A DNA stretch of 64,000 nt from Octopus sinensis (lineage: Eukaryota): NCBI RefSeq assembly GCF_006345805.1, contig NC_043012.1, positions 9,238,001-9,302,000 of the forward strand. The letters run 5' to 3'. Under the pieces are notes generated by a model. It was not told the origin of the DNA. It saw only the letters and a list, made by a program, of their open reading frames with translations, and ran no database searches. Below are positions 11,785 through 24,720 of this stretch, one piece after another; the stretch's first letter is position 1, and each line of letters starts with the position of its first letter. The translations under genes were made by a program, and so were the position numbers.

Positions 11785-11929
11785 ATATTTGTATATGAAT
11801 ATGCATTATGTGTATGTATATATGTATCCAGTTATGAATGTCTTTAGGTGTGTATATGTGCATGTATGCTTGCAAGTATATATGTGCGCAGCACGTGTGT
11901 GCATATATCTATGCGTGTATGTGTACATG

Positions 11930-12087
<158 letters not shown>

Positions 12088-12465
12088 ATAGGTATGTGTG
12101 TGTGTGTATTTATGCATGCATAATGAACTATTATTTCCAGTTGCTGTTGAAAATAGAGTAAAGTTGTGGAGATCCTAACCAAAGTCAATATCCAGCCATT
12201 TTTGGCGTAGTCTTCATAATTATATCTCAGGAGTTTTATTTATAGGTGTATCTTCGTCATCGTCATGTTGTCGTCAATGGTTGTAAAATTAAAAAAAATG
12301 AACTGCAACAAATCATGAATAGATTTTCGGGTTCTAGCACTGTAACGTAGCTCATTTTAAGTTTGTCGAAAAACATGGATGTTCACAATATTTGCTCCTG
12401 GAATTCCTTGTTAGATATTGGTGGATGTATGTGGTACGAAACTGTTGTTGATACGTACGTACACG

Positions 12466-12504
<39 letters not shown>

Positions 12505-12549
12505 TACAGATATATGCAAACACATATATATATATATATACATATATAT

Positions 12550-12821
12550 CACGTAATCACATGACCGACCAGGCTATCAGATGTTGCTACACATCGCTGG
12601 TCACAATGCGCTTTGCATTGCTTTAGCCAGCAAGTGACGCCACCTCGCTGGCTAAGTGAGCAGGTTATCAGAAAAAAGATTGAGAGAAAGTTGTGGCAAA
12701 AGAGTACTGCTGGAGCCTCGTGGAGCTTTAGGTGTTTTCGCTCAATAAACACTTACAACGCCCGGTCTGGGAATCGAAACCGCGAGTCCGCTGCCCTAAG
12801 CACTGGGCCATTGCGCCTCCA
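12550..12821 (-). mobile_element. SINE family C (tRNA-Arg-like head), tail type 1
   Basis: Reverse complement tggaggcgcaatggcccagtg..tagggcagcggactcgcggtttcgattcccagaccgggcg, with A- and B-box-like motifs. Confidence 0.85.
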
Positions 12822-12833
12822 CATATACATGCA

Positions 12834-12936
<103 letters not shown>

Positions 12937-13163
12937 TGTATATATAATAATATATATAATAACGAAGGGTAAAATTGATAATTAAGAAGTAATCAATAAT
13001 TTCACCAAGTAGAATTTGGCATGAAAAAAAGGACCATTTCACGGTAAACTTAAGTAATACTTATGTAGCAATGTTGTTTTCTTCATTGCTATCTTCACTG
13101 TTTGAGAAAAGGATTAAGAATGATCTCGTTTGAGATTACAAACATCTTTGGCTAGTTTAACGT

Positions 13164-13961
13164 TGTTGTAAACACTAACCTGATTGGTTGACACGTGACG
13201 CGATTTGTCTCCACTTATTTTCGCGCCACTGGTTGACATGTGACGCGGTCTGTCTCTACATATTTCGCGCCATTGTTCCAAAACTGCCAATCACGGCCTT
13301 CCATTTCTGAGGCTCGTTTCGAGCCACCCAAACGATATATAAAGGAGTGTTTTCAGACACTTTTCGTCTTTGGTTCTAGTCCTTGTGAGGACTAAACCTC
13401 TGACCACACAGAGCATACTCAACCATGTTCCAGTTCGAAAGGCAAGCGACCACCAAGCAAAACTATCTACAAAGATTTAGCTTGTACATAAGATGGCAAC
13501 AGATTCAACTCATACTGTTAGTGTGAAAATCTCACCACGGAAAAACAGTTGCAGAATATCTATATCAAGAGAAAAATAACCAAGCAGAACATATAATGAA
13601 GACGCTGCAAAAACCAAGCGACAGACACGACGTCATCGCCAACATCGTCTCTATCTACGAAGATTTAACTTGTACACAAGATAACTACTGATTCAACTCA
13701 AGCGGTTAGGTGAAAATCTCACCATGGGAAAACGGCTACAGTAAATATATCTGAAAGAATATCCATATCAAGAGAAAGATAAACACAAGTGATTCAACTA
13801 ATCTCAGGCGCGAGACACAACATCTTGATATTAAACTCTTACACTTCGTGTACCTCATAAACAGTAAATCAATACCTGTCTTTAGTTTTAGTTCTTGTAA
13901 GAACTGGCTTCAGAGACAGCGCTGCTCAACCAAATGATATACGATTGTTCCTGCTACAACT
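13164..13961 (+). mobile_element. Putative solo LTR
   Basis: Starts TGTTGTA and ends near TACAAC(T); CCAAT-like boxes, a ~46-bp tandem, TATATAAA at 13336 and an internal ~180-bp duplication; no clear TSD. Confidence 0.4.
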
Positions 13962-14314
13962 AGCTACGACGCTAATGTACACTCAACACAGAAAGCCTAC
14001 TATCTTCGCCGCCTCCACCATCAGGTACTTTTCTATGTCGATCACATTCCCCTGATTGCTCTGTCACACACACGAACACGCAGACACAAACACGTGTTGC
14101 ATGCGCACGTACATGCTAACGTTTACAAACTCCCAACATCAACACGATTGTAAAATAAATAATGTTTATATCTCAAACAGAAGACTTGTAGTCAATCGAC
14201 TTATGTTCTATTGTTACTGCATGTATTTATGGCATGTAATAACTCATTAAGAATGGGACCGCGTGCGATTGTATTCCCTACACAATGCGACCGCATGTGA
14301 TCCTATTTCCTACA

Positions 14315-14393
14315 CTTAATAATTAGGGTTCAGCAAAGATTTGCTAACTTCGGTATGTGGTAAAGCAAATCTTTGCTGAACCTAATTATTAAG
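14315..14393. repeat. Near-perfect hairpin (31/30-bp arms, 18-nt loop) abutting (AT)n
   Basis: cttaataattagggttcagcaaagatttgct vs agcaaatctttgctgaacctaattattaag, differing by one indel. Confidence 0.9.
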
Positions 14394-14453
14394 TATATAT
14401 ATATATATTATATATATAATATATATATATATAATATACACACACATATAATA

Positions 14454-14495
<42 letters not shown>

Positions 14496-15028
14496 TTAAT
14501 ATGTATGTTGATACATACTTGCAACTACTGCTGCGTATAATTTATAACCGGTTTACAAAAGTGGAACTGCACTGGGTGTAATATTTGTCTCAGAGAAATA
14601 TCTCAAATTCTCTAATGAGTTTAAAAAATTTACTCAGAACGACATTGGATCCTCAGACACAGAGTTTCAATTTTACTTGCTCTCCTCAGTGACGAATGAC
14701 GTGGACGTTTATGAGCTTGTTTTCTCTGATGTGGAAATCGGTGAAAGCTTGCACAAAATATTTGCTGATGTGTGGGAAAGGTAGACTGGATAGAATTAAA
14801 TGAATAAACGAACCTAAGCGACACCAGATTAAAGTACCGGGACGTAGAACATTTATAGTTGCTATACAAATATGGAGCAGCAATAACTAAGTTATATCTG
14901 GTTCTCCACTAGCGTTTTGAGAGACGGCCTGAGATATTTCTTTGAATATTACAACAAGGTTGTTCCACTTTTGTGCATCCATAAATTGTATACACACTGG
15001 CATTTTAATTCAATGTTCTTTCAAGTGT

Positions 15029-15737
<709 letters not shown>

Positions 15738-16581
15738 AGTTCAATTAAAGTACGAACCTTGTAGTTTGTTTTATAAAGCTTGTCCACTGGTATTGGTTTG
15801 CAACTGTAATTTTGCAACGGAAGCCCATCGTATTAATGAAGATACATAAAAAAATCCATGAATGTCCATAGAGAATATATATATGCATATATACATATAT
15901 ATGTGTTGTGTGTGTGTGTGTGTTCTTGTGTGTGTGTGTCTGTGTGTATATATACACGCACACATACATACACACGCGCACGCAGGTCTACATATTATGT
16001 AAACAGGAGGGGTTGGATTGAGTAAACACGCTTTATTGCATAATACTGCAAATCCTATTAACGTTGCTAGCAGACAACTGCCAAAATATTGTTACATAAT
16101 ACATTCATTAAATTTATTCCATTATATTCGTATTATTTCAACAACACTGGCGAATAAAAACTCCTCAGGTACGAATACATATTATTCGTTAAATTAAACC
16201 GTATTTCACAGCAAATTCAATAAATAAAAACTAACAGCACTAAAATAAGCAAAACAAATCATAAAAGTAAACTAATCAAAAACAGAAAAGTTAACCAATA
16301 GATAACTAAGACAGATAAAATATGCTATTAACAAAAAAAACCCCACTGTGTAAGTATAGTACTGACGCAGAGAAGCCAATTGTCGCCGTGGTTCAGCAGG
16401 TCATCATAATATACCAGGCTAGTTTGTTGTTAATTTAAAGGAAAAATAGATTGAAGTCTTATCTGCTGCTTTATTGCTCTGCACCCGGTGTACTTGCAAG
16501 AATCGTACGTATTGAAAAAAATAGACGCACACTCATTCACACCGATGTACAAACACACACACACAGAGTCACACGCACACA

Positions 16582-17039
16582 TCTCTCTATATATAAACGG
16601 CAGTTTGTCTGTCTGTGTGTCTGTGTCTCTTTCAGGTTGTACCCTCACCCTGACCACGGCTTTCAACCGATTCTGATGAAACTTGACACACACAATGTCA
16701 TAATTCAAAACTAATGCAGGGAAAATTTTGAAAAGTTCCCCCAGTTCTGAAAAAATCGATAAATTCGACATGGGGTCGGGAATCTAAGCTTTTTATATGA
16801 AACTCATTTTCTGGGCTGTACGTGAGCTGTTCACGCGTTGGGAGGCGCAATGATGTTTTCATGTTTTCGCCCAAAGGGACAGCTAGGAACATCGTATACA
16901 CAGAAGTATTCGAGTGAAGAGAAGACATTGCAACCTACACATGCGCCTTCGTCCCCTAGAGGGAAAGGACTAGATTGGGATTAGTCGTTGCCTACTAGGG
17001 GCTCTTACATACCCGGGCAACGCCGGGCTATGCTGCTAG
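16582..17039 (+). mobile_element. Non-autonomous Helitron, copy 2 (different internal segment)
   Basis: A|TC start, (GTCT)-type repeat, 3' hairpin cccgggcaacgccggg, CTAG|T end. Confidence 0.85.
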
Positions 17040-17128
17040 TATATTTATAAATGCCACTTTGTGCCCTTTCGTTTTTAATTGCGGATAGCCAACTGAATAA
17101 TAATAATAATAATAATATAATAATATAT

Positions 17129-17195
<67 letters not shown>

Positions 17196-17496
17196 GCATA
17201 TATACATATATGTAGTATGGATATATTATATATATAATATGTATATATATCATATATATATTATATATATATATATATATATAAAATATATATGCATATA
17301 TATATTTATATAATATATATGCATATATATATATATATATATATAATTAATATATATTATATAAATATATAATATATAGATGCATATATATATATTTATA
17401 TATATGTATATATATATACACACACATATATAAACATATGTTATGTATATATGTATGTATGTAGTATATATGTATATATATATGCATATATATATT

Positions 17497-17545
<49 letters not shown>

Positions 17546-17599
17546 CACATATATACACATATGTATGTATGTATTTATATATATATATATATATATATA

Positions 17600-18291
17600 A
17601 CAAAAACAAAATGCGACTAAACGAGGTAAAATTTGAGCTGAAGCATTTTGGAAGAAAGTCTATACTAAAACAGCCATACTCTCTTCCTTCAGGGGAACTA
17701 CTCAGAGCATCTAATTGTATCAGAAACCTTGGAGTAATTGTTGATAACAATCTCAGCTACAATAAAGTCGGTATAGATCGTAGGATGAACTCCTGGATCC
17801 GCAGAACCTTCCGGTCCAGCAAACAAGGTGTTATCATTTCTTTCCTCTCCTCTTATGTACGGCCATAACCTTGAATACTGCTGCTCCCTGTGAGCGATGC
17901 ACCATTTGCACGGCGTGGAAAATACACCATCAGCATTGTCCAAACTACCTTATCATAAATTTCAAAATTCATCTAAGGCTAGGACTACCGGTCATACGTC
18001 CCCTACTCAGTTCAGGATCACAACACATACACTGCAACACAGTTTCTTTTCCTCAACATTGTCCCGAAACAGACGAGAGAGGAACATGATCTCATCACTT
18101 TTAAACGGAATCTGGACAAATTTCTTCAAGGGATACCAGATAAGCCAACTATACCTGGATACAATTCACTCAACAAAAACTCACTTCTCGAGTGGACCAT
18201 GACACCTCAAAACTTGACTTAAAAAGGATTTAGCTAATCCTATCATGTGGTGCTATTACGTTAGACATGTCCTAGACCAGTCTTTGGCCGA

Positions 18292-18296
<5 letters not shown>
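17600..18296 (+). mobile_element. CR1-clade LINE 3' portion (RT C-terminus and 3' end), degenerate
   Basis: NKMRLNEVKFELKHFG...IRNLGVIVDNNLS...WIRRTFRS...SYVRP(H)LEYC and FKRNLDKFLQGIPDKPTIPGY; followed by (AT)n. Confidence 0.85.
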
Positions 18297-18326
<30 letters not shown>

Positions 18327-18374
18327 AAAAAAAGTCAAGATAGAAAATGCTAAAATAATTTTATAAAAACATTT

Positions 18375-18410
18375 CAGTACCGGTTTCAGTCATTGAGACT
18401 TTTTCAACTG
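18375..18410 (-). ncRNA. Minimal type I hammerhead ribozyme motif, U3-A8 variant
   Basis: Minus strand: CAG-TTGAAAA-AGTC(TCAAT)GACT-GAA-ACCGGT-A-CTG; stem I CAG/CTG, stem II 4 bp, palindromic stem III. Confidence 0.7.
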
Positions 18411-18757
18411 TAACAATTGACTAATTAAATTTAGAAAAATTAAAAGAAGAGTTTTTTTTAAAGAATATTTGTATAGTGTTCAAATACAAGTGGCATTTTC
18501 CTTGTTTCTGCCTTTCTCTGTCCCTCTTGTTAACTCTTGTGGCTTCGAGGTCGTTGTGAATTCTTGGTAGGGAAGAAGAAGAAGAAGAAGAAAAAGAAGA
18601 AGGAGGAGGAGGAGGAGGAGAAGGGGAATAATAATAATAATTTGGGAGTACCATGATAGTAGTATTTTGAATGGTCAGTGGATGGTAGCAGTCCCTGTTC
18701 AATTCATGAAAATATTTATTTTGAATGTATATATTATAATTATATATATATATTATA

Positions 18758-18808
<51 letters not shown>

Positions 18809-18859
18809 TATACATTCACACCACAAATATATACTGACATATACATACATATACATATA

Positions 18860-19288
18860 GGCGCAGGAGTGGCTGTGTGGTAAGTAGCTTGCTTACCAAC
18901 CACATGGTTCCGGGTTCAGGCCCACTGCGTGGCACCTTGGGCAAGTGTCTTCTACTATACCCTGTGGCGACCAAAGCCTGTGAGTGGATTTGGTAGACGG
19001 AAACTGAAAGAAGCCCGTCGTATATATGTATATATTATATATTATATATATAATTATATAATATATATGCGTGTGTGTGTTTGTGTGTCTGGTTTGTCCC
19101 TCTAGCATTGCTTGACAACCGATGCTGGTGTATTTATGTCCCCGTTACTTAGCGGTTCGGCAAAAGAGACCGATAGAATAAGTACTGGGCTTAAAAGAAT
19201 AAGTCCCGGGGTCGAGTTGCTCGATTAAGGCGTGCTCCAGCATGGCCGCAGTGAATGCTGAAACAAATAAAAGAGTAAAAGAGTAAAA
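18860..19288 (+). mobile_element. SINE family A, full length
   Basis: Complete head, body and tail. Confidence 0.9.
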
Positions 19289-19647
19289 TACAACGAAAGA
19301 TATATACCTAAAGACATACTATGCATATATGCAAATTTCTGGGTACATACACACACACACGCATTTGCACCATACACAACTCTACTCACATATTTACTCA
19401 CACATATTTACGTACATACATCGACATATTATTTATAAGATAGTTAGTCTCTCAAATTACCAATATACAATAAAAAGGAAAGATAAAAAAATTGGAAAAT
19501 AAAAGATTACCGTAAAGTTAAATGATTAAAAATTTCACGAGCTTACGTATATCTTGAGAAATAAACATTAGCGTACCCAACCTTACAAAAACTCAAAGGA
19601 AGATAGATACCATTATATGAAGATGATTGTATGTATATATATCAACA

Positions 19648-20050
19648 GGTGCAGGAGTGGCTGTGTGGTAAGTAGCTTGCTAACTAACCACATGGTTCCA
19701 GGTTCAGTCCCACTGCGTGGCATCTTGGGCAAGTGTCTTCTGAAATAGCCCCGGGCCAACCAATGCCTTGTGAGTGGATTTGGTAGACGGAAACTGAAAG
19801 AAGCCCGTCGTATATGTATATATATGTATGTGTGTGTGTTTGTGTGTCTGTGTTTGTCCTCCTAGTATTGCTTGGCAACCGATGGTAGTGTGTTTACGTC
19901 CCCGTAACTTAGCGGTTCCGCAAAAGAGACCGATAGAACAAGTACTAGGCTTACAAAGAATAAGTCCCGGGATCGATTTGCTCGACTAAAGGCGGTGCTC
20001 CAGCATGGCCGCAGTCAAATGACTGAAACAAGTAAAAGAGTAAAAGAGTA
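19648..20050 (+). mobile_element. SINE family A, full length
   Basis: Complete head, body and tail. Confidence 0.9.
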
Positions 20051-20761
20051 AATAAATAAAGTGCTCTATACCAAATGTATGTGGCGTATTGTTGATGGAC
20101 CATAAGAGAACTCGACACCAGCATATGAAGAGATATTAAGATCGTTTGAAGATCGAAGAGAAATAAGAATCGAAAGAAATACGGCGAAAAATTAGCAGTA
20201 AAACACATGGAATAGATAGAGAAAGCTGATTTATTATTGCTGAAAAAAAGGGGGACCCTGCACGTATCTCTCGAAAAGTTGCATGGTGTAGCTCGTAAGA
20301 TGGAAAACAATATCTCTGCTGCAGAGAGGAAGAATGAAAGAGTTTGCAGAAATCGTCTGTCATCTTATTCTTTTTCTAAACATGGATTGACAAATCTCTT
20401 GAAATTACAGGCGAGGCACAAAAACGTTTTAAAATTTCTAACTTGTGATCAAACCTGCCGATCAATGCCAGGTTTAACAATGCGTAATTGATATGTCATT
20501 CACTAATATAAAATGTTCTGAGAATGAAGCTATAGATATTATGCAGTTATAGGACTGTGAGAGCTGCATTAAAGCCTCCGTGCGTGTCAGAAACAAGTCT
20601 TAAAAGCTGTTGTAGAGCTTCTGTCAGAGAGGAATTACATCGTTAAAGGGGAAGACGGATGGAAAGCCATGGACTGTGGGTCGACAGTCACCGTGTTTGT
20701 AATGTATGTGTATGTATGTATTTAAGTACATATCTATGTACATACATAAATAGATATTTGC

Positions 20762-20804
<43 letters not shown>

Positions 20805-20899
20805 AATGAAGGATAAAATCTTTTCGAAAAAACATTCTTTTCCCCCCCAAAATTTTATTAATGGCCAGCATATAAAAAAATACCTTTAAAGGTTAAATC

Positions 20900-21300
20900 T
20901 ATAAACAATTCATAATTAAGGGCAAACGAAAAAAATTCTAATGCCAGATATGCCGAAAAATTGGACATATTGTCCATTAACCATATCATTTTTTCACATG
21001 TATTTGGGGTACTTAATTGTGCTCATGACTTAGTGTTCGCTTCTTCCATGGGTATGAGTAAGTATCTCATTTATTTCTTTTTGCCACATGTATCACTGAC
21101 GAAGGAGGGCTGTTATAAGCTAACCCTGAAATCGGTCCGATATGGTAATAATGGAATGTTTTAGAAATTTCTGTCGACCTTTTTTCGAGTAGCGTACATA
21201 TTGTGAAAAAATTATATGGTTAAAGGACAATATGTCCAATTTTTCGGCATATCTGGCATTAGAATTTTTTTCGTTTGCCCTTAATTATGAATTGTTTATA
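20900..21300 (+). mobile_element. Fold-back element with 99-bp near-perfect inverted arms, containing a hammerhead
   Basis: Arms 20900-20998 and 21202-21300 differ at 2 positions; the right end runs into (AT)n. Confidence 0.85.
21091..21147 (+). ncRNA. Minimal type I hammerhead ribozyme motif with intact core
   Basis: TATCA-CTGACGA-[AGG...CCT stem II]-GAA-ATCGG(T)CCGAT-A-TGGTA; all core positions canonical, AUA triad. Confidence 0.75.
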
Positions 21301-21310
21301 TATATATATA

Positions 21311-21512
21311 TATCTTTACTACCCACTAGGGGCTAAACACAGAGGGGACAAACAAGGACAGACAAACGGATTAGGTCGATTACATCGACCCCATCCGAAA
21401 GGATGAAAGGCAAAGTCGACCTCGGCGGAATTCGAACTCAGAACGTAGCGGCAGACGAAATACCGCTAAGCATTTCGCCCGACGTGCTAACGTTTCTGCC
21501 AGCTCGCCGCCT
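21311..21512 (-). mobile_element. SINE family B
   Basis: Reverse complement ggcggcgagctggcagaaacgttagcacg..gttctgagttcgaattccgccgaggtcgactttgcctttcatcc. Confidence 0.9.
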
Positions 21513-22076
21513 TCATATTTGCATATATATATATGTGCGTATATGTGTATGTGTGCCTGAGTGCACAGGTAAGTAAGTATTAGAATTACTCTGTCCAAGT
21601 GATTTACACATGACCGTGTTTTCTAACGTCGCTCTAAGACATAATTGTACAACACATATTTTTGTGACGCTGAGTAGGAGAGTTAGTTTCTTCTCTGACG
21701 CCAAATGTGTCACTGGGTGTGAAAACTAATCTCTTATTTGACTCCAATTACATTGTAGGTCAGAAGAACTGGTGTCTTCGTCGACGCTAATTCAAGAATA
21801 AAGAACAAATGTCACCGACTGACCTATCACGTCTGTTATTTCTTTAGACCAGTGACTCTCAGGCTCTTTTTTGTCATTTCCTTTCCTTCACTTAATCTAT
21901 TTCAATGCTTTCTTCAGCAGAATTCAATGCGCTACTTGACCGTATTCATATATATATGCTAACAAAACTTCGGGCGTTACCTTATGCTGCAAATGCTATC
22001 ACCATCTTTATTGCTAATGTCTTTTAAATTATATAGTGTCTATAATTTACACTTATAGCTTTATTTTCAATTTTAT

Positions 22077-22600
22077 AGGCACAGGTATAGCTGTTTGGTT
22101 CAGAAACTCGCCTTGCAGCCACGTGATTGCGAGATCGGATTCACTGAGGGGGTACCTTGGGCAAGTGTCTTCTTCTATAGCCTTGGGCTGAGCAATGCTT
22201 TGTGAGGAAATTTGGTAGATAGAATCTGGTAGAAAGAAGACCATGTATATAAATATCTTTTATCTTTTACTGGTTTTAGTCATTTGACTGCGGCCCTGCA
22301 GGGGCACTACCTTGAAATTTTTAGTCGAATGTATCGAACGCAGTATTTGTGTTTTTAAAGCCTGATACTTACACTATCTTACTCTTTTGCTGAACCGCTA
22401 AGTTACGGGGACGTAAACAAACTAGCTTCGGTTCTCAAACGGTGGTGACGCAAAAACAAAGACACACACACACACACACACACACACCACACACACACAC
22501 ACACACACACGTACATATATACGACGAGCTTCTTTCAGTTTCCGTCTACCAAATCCACTCACAAAGTTTTGGTCGGCTTTGTGGTTGGAAACCAATTTTT
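22077..22600. mobile_element. Two degenerate SINE family A pieces in opposite orientations
   Basis: Head on + at 22077-22235; tail and body on - at 22260-22600. Confidence 0.65.
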
Positions 22601-22652
22601 TACCACACAGCTACATGCATATATATATATGCATGTATATATATATATATAT

Positions 22653-22688
<36 letters not shown>

Positions 22689-22745
22689 AATATATATATA
22701 TTATATTTATATATATATATATATATTATATATATACCTATATAT

Positions 22746-22777
<32 letters not shown>

Positions 22778-22813
22778 ATATATAGATATTAATATATATA
22801 TATATATATATAA

Positions 22814-22875
<62 letters not shown>

Positions 22876-22894
22876 GCATACATACATATATATA

Positions 22895-23097
22895 TGAAGA
22901 CCGTTCGTTTAGCTCCTACACGCAATTTTTTCTCTCCTTGTTTCTCTCCTTGTTTCTTTTCTGTGTATCTTTCTGTCGAAGAGCGTAGGCTCGAAAGTAA
23001 AAGACTTGTTCTATTTCTATTCCTGAGCGTTATACTAATACGTTTGTTTGTACTCCACCTGCCTTCGTCTTTTGTTTATTTTCGTAAACCTTCCCGT
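22895..23097 (+). mobile_element. Penelope-like terminal repeat between (AT)n tracts
   Basis: Paralogous to 36180-36416; carries a hammerhead-like core. Confidence 0.6.
22968..23004 (+). ncRNA. Hammerhead-like motif, A6T variant
   Basis: TCTTT-CTGTCGA-A-GAGC(GTAG)GCTC-GAA-A(c missing)GT-A-AAAGA. Confidence 0.5.
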
Positions 23098-23244
23098 TAT
23101 ATATATATATGTATGTATATATGTGTATATATATATATATAATATATATATATATATACATACGGTATATATATATATATATATAATATATATACATACG
23201 CACACATGTTTATCTATATCTATATCTATCTATCTATCTATTAA

Positions 23245-23301
<57 letters not shown>

Positions 23302-23339
23302 GTATACATATATATGTATGCATATATCTATGTTTGAAT

Positions 23340-23540
23340 GTGTGTACGTGTGAGAAATTACGCTTGACAACCGATGTTAGCTTGTTTACTTCTCCGTATT
23401 CTAGCCGTTTGTTAAAAGAAACCGATAGAGTTGGTACCAGACTTAAGAATTAAAAACTTCTGAGGTTGATTTGTTCGACCAAGCCGTTGACGGTGGTGCC
23501 AAGGTATGGCCGCAGTCCAGTGATTAAACAAGTAAAAGAT
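23340..23540 (+). mobile_element. Degenerate SINE family A 3' half
   Basis: cgcttgacaaccgatg...ggtatggccgcagtccagtgattaaacaagtaaaag. Confidence 0.7.
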
Positions 23541-23682
23541 AAATGCCAACTGTAATATATCAGATAGTGTTTATATACTTATTGACATTTTGCAGTTGCA
23601 TCTTATTATTGTAGATGTTGATATTATTGTCATTGTTGCTGTGATAATATTTCGGTTAACTTTTCTTTAAAGTTAATAGGGG

Positions 23683-24062
23683 GAAGCACTCCGTCGGTTA
23701 CGACGACGAGGGTTCCGGTTGATCCGATCAACGGAACAGCCTGCTCGTGAAATTAACGTGTAAGTGGCTGAGCACTCCACAGACACGTGTACCCTTAACG
23801 TAATTCTCGGGGATATTCAGCGTGACACAGAGAGTGTCAAAGCCGGCCCTTTGAAATAGAGGTACAACAGAAACAGGAAGTAAGAGTGAGAGAAAGTTGT
23901 GGTGAAAGAGTACAGCAGGGAACACCACCATCCCTGCCGGAGCCTCGTGGAGCTTTAGGTATTTTCGCTCAATAAACACTCACAACGCCCGGTCTGGGAA
24001 TCGAAACTGCGATCTTACGACCGCGAGTCCGCTGCCCTAACCACTGGGCCATTGCGCCTCCA
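23683..24062 (-). mobile_element. SINE family C, full length, tail type 2
   Basis: tRNA-Arg-like head; 3' part ends gtcgtcgtaaccgacggagtgc. Confidence 0.9.
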
Positions 24063-24367
24063 CTGATAAGCACTACTTTAGAATGAAAAACTAAAGGAAG
24101 AATTTGTGTTAGTTGAAGCTGGAAGCCCTAAAGCTGCTGGTTGATAATAAAGAACAGAAATAAAGGAAGACTGAAAGGGACGAAGAGGGGTGTGAGTGGT
24201 AAAGTGAAGTCGAAAGGGGTGCAGGAAGAGGAGAGAGTAAAAGGAGGTTGACGAATTTAACATGTGGAAAATATCAGACTGACAGGGAAATCGAAGATCG
24301 AACGGAAAAGCTGAACGTTCACAAAATGGAGGGGTACAATAATCATAGGTGATTAGCGGGAAGTGAT

Positions 24368-24388
24368 AGAGAGAAAAAAATATAGAGG

Positions 24389-24477
<89 letters not shown>

Positions 24478-24507
24478 GGTGAAAGAGAGAAAGAGAGGGA
24501 GAGAGAA

Positions 24508-24538
<31 letters not shown>

Positions 24539-24687
24539 AAGAGAGGGAGATAGAGAGAAAGAGAGAGAGGGTGAAAGAGAGAAAGAGAGAGAGAGAAAGA
24601 GAGAGAGAGAAAGAGAGAGACGGTGAAATAGAGAAAGAGAGAGAGAGAGAAAGAGAGGGCGAGAGAGAGAAATAATGAGAGGGTGAA

Positions 24688-24718
<31 letters not shown>

Positions 24719-24720
24719 TT
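24368..24720. repeat. (GA/GAAA)n homopurine tract
   Basis: Direct inspection. Confidence 0.95.

Noticed and set aside
24000-24062. tRNA gene
   Set aside because: tRNA-Arg-like A and B boxes, but no closed acceptor stem and it continues into a multicopy SINE body.
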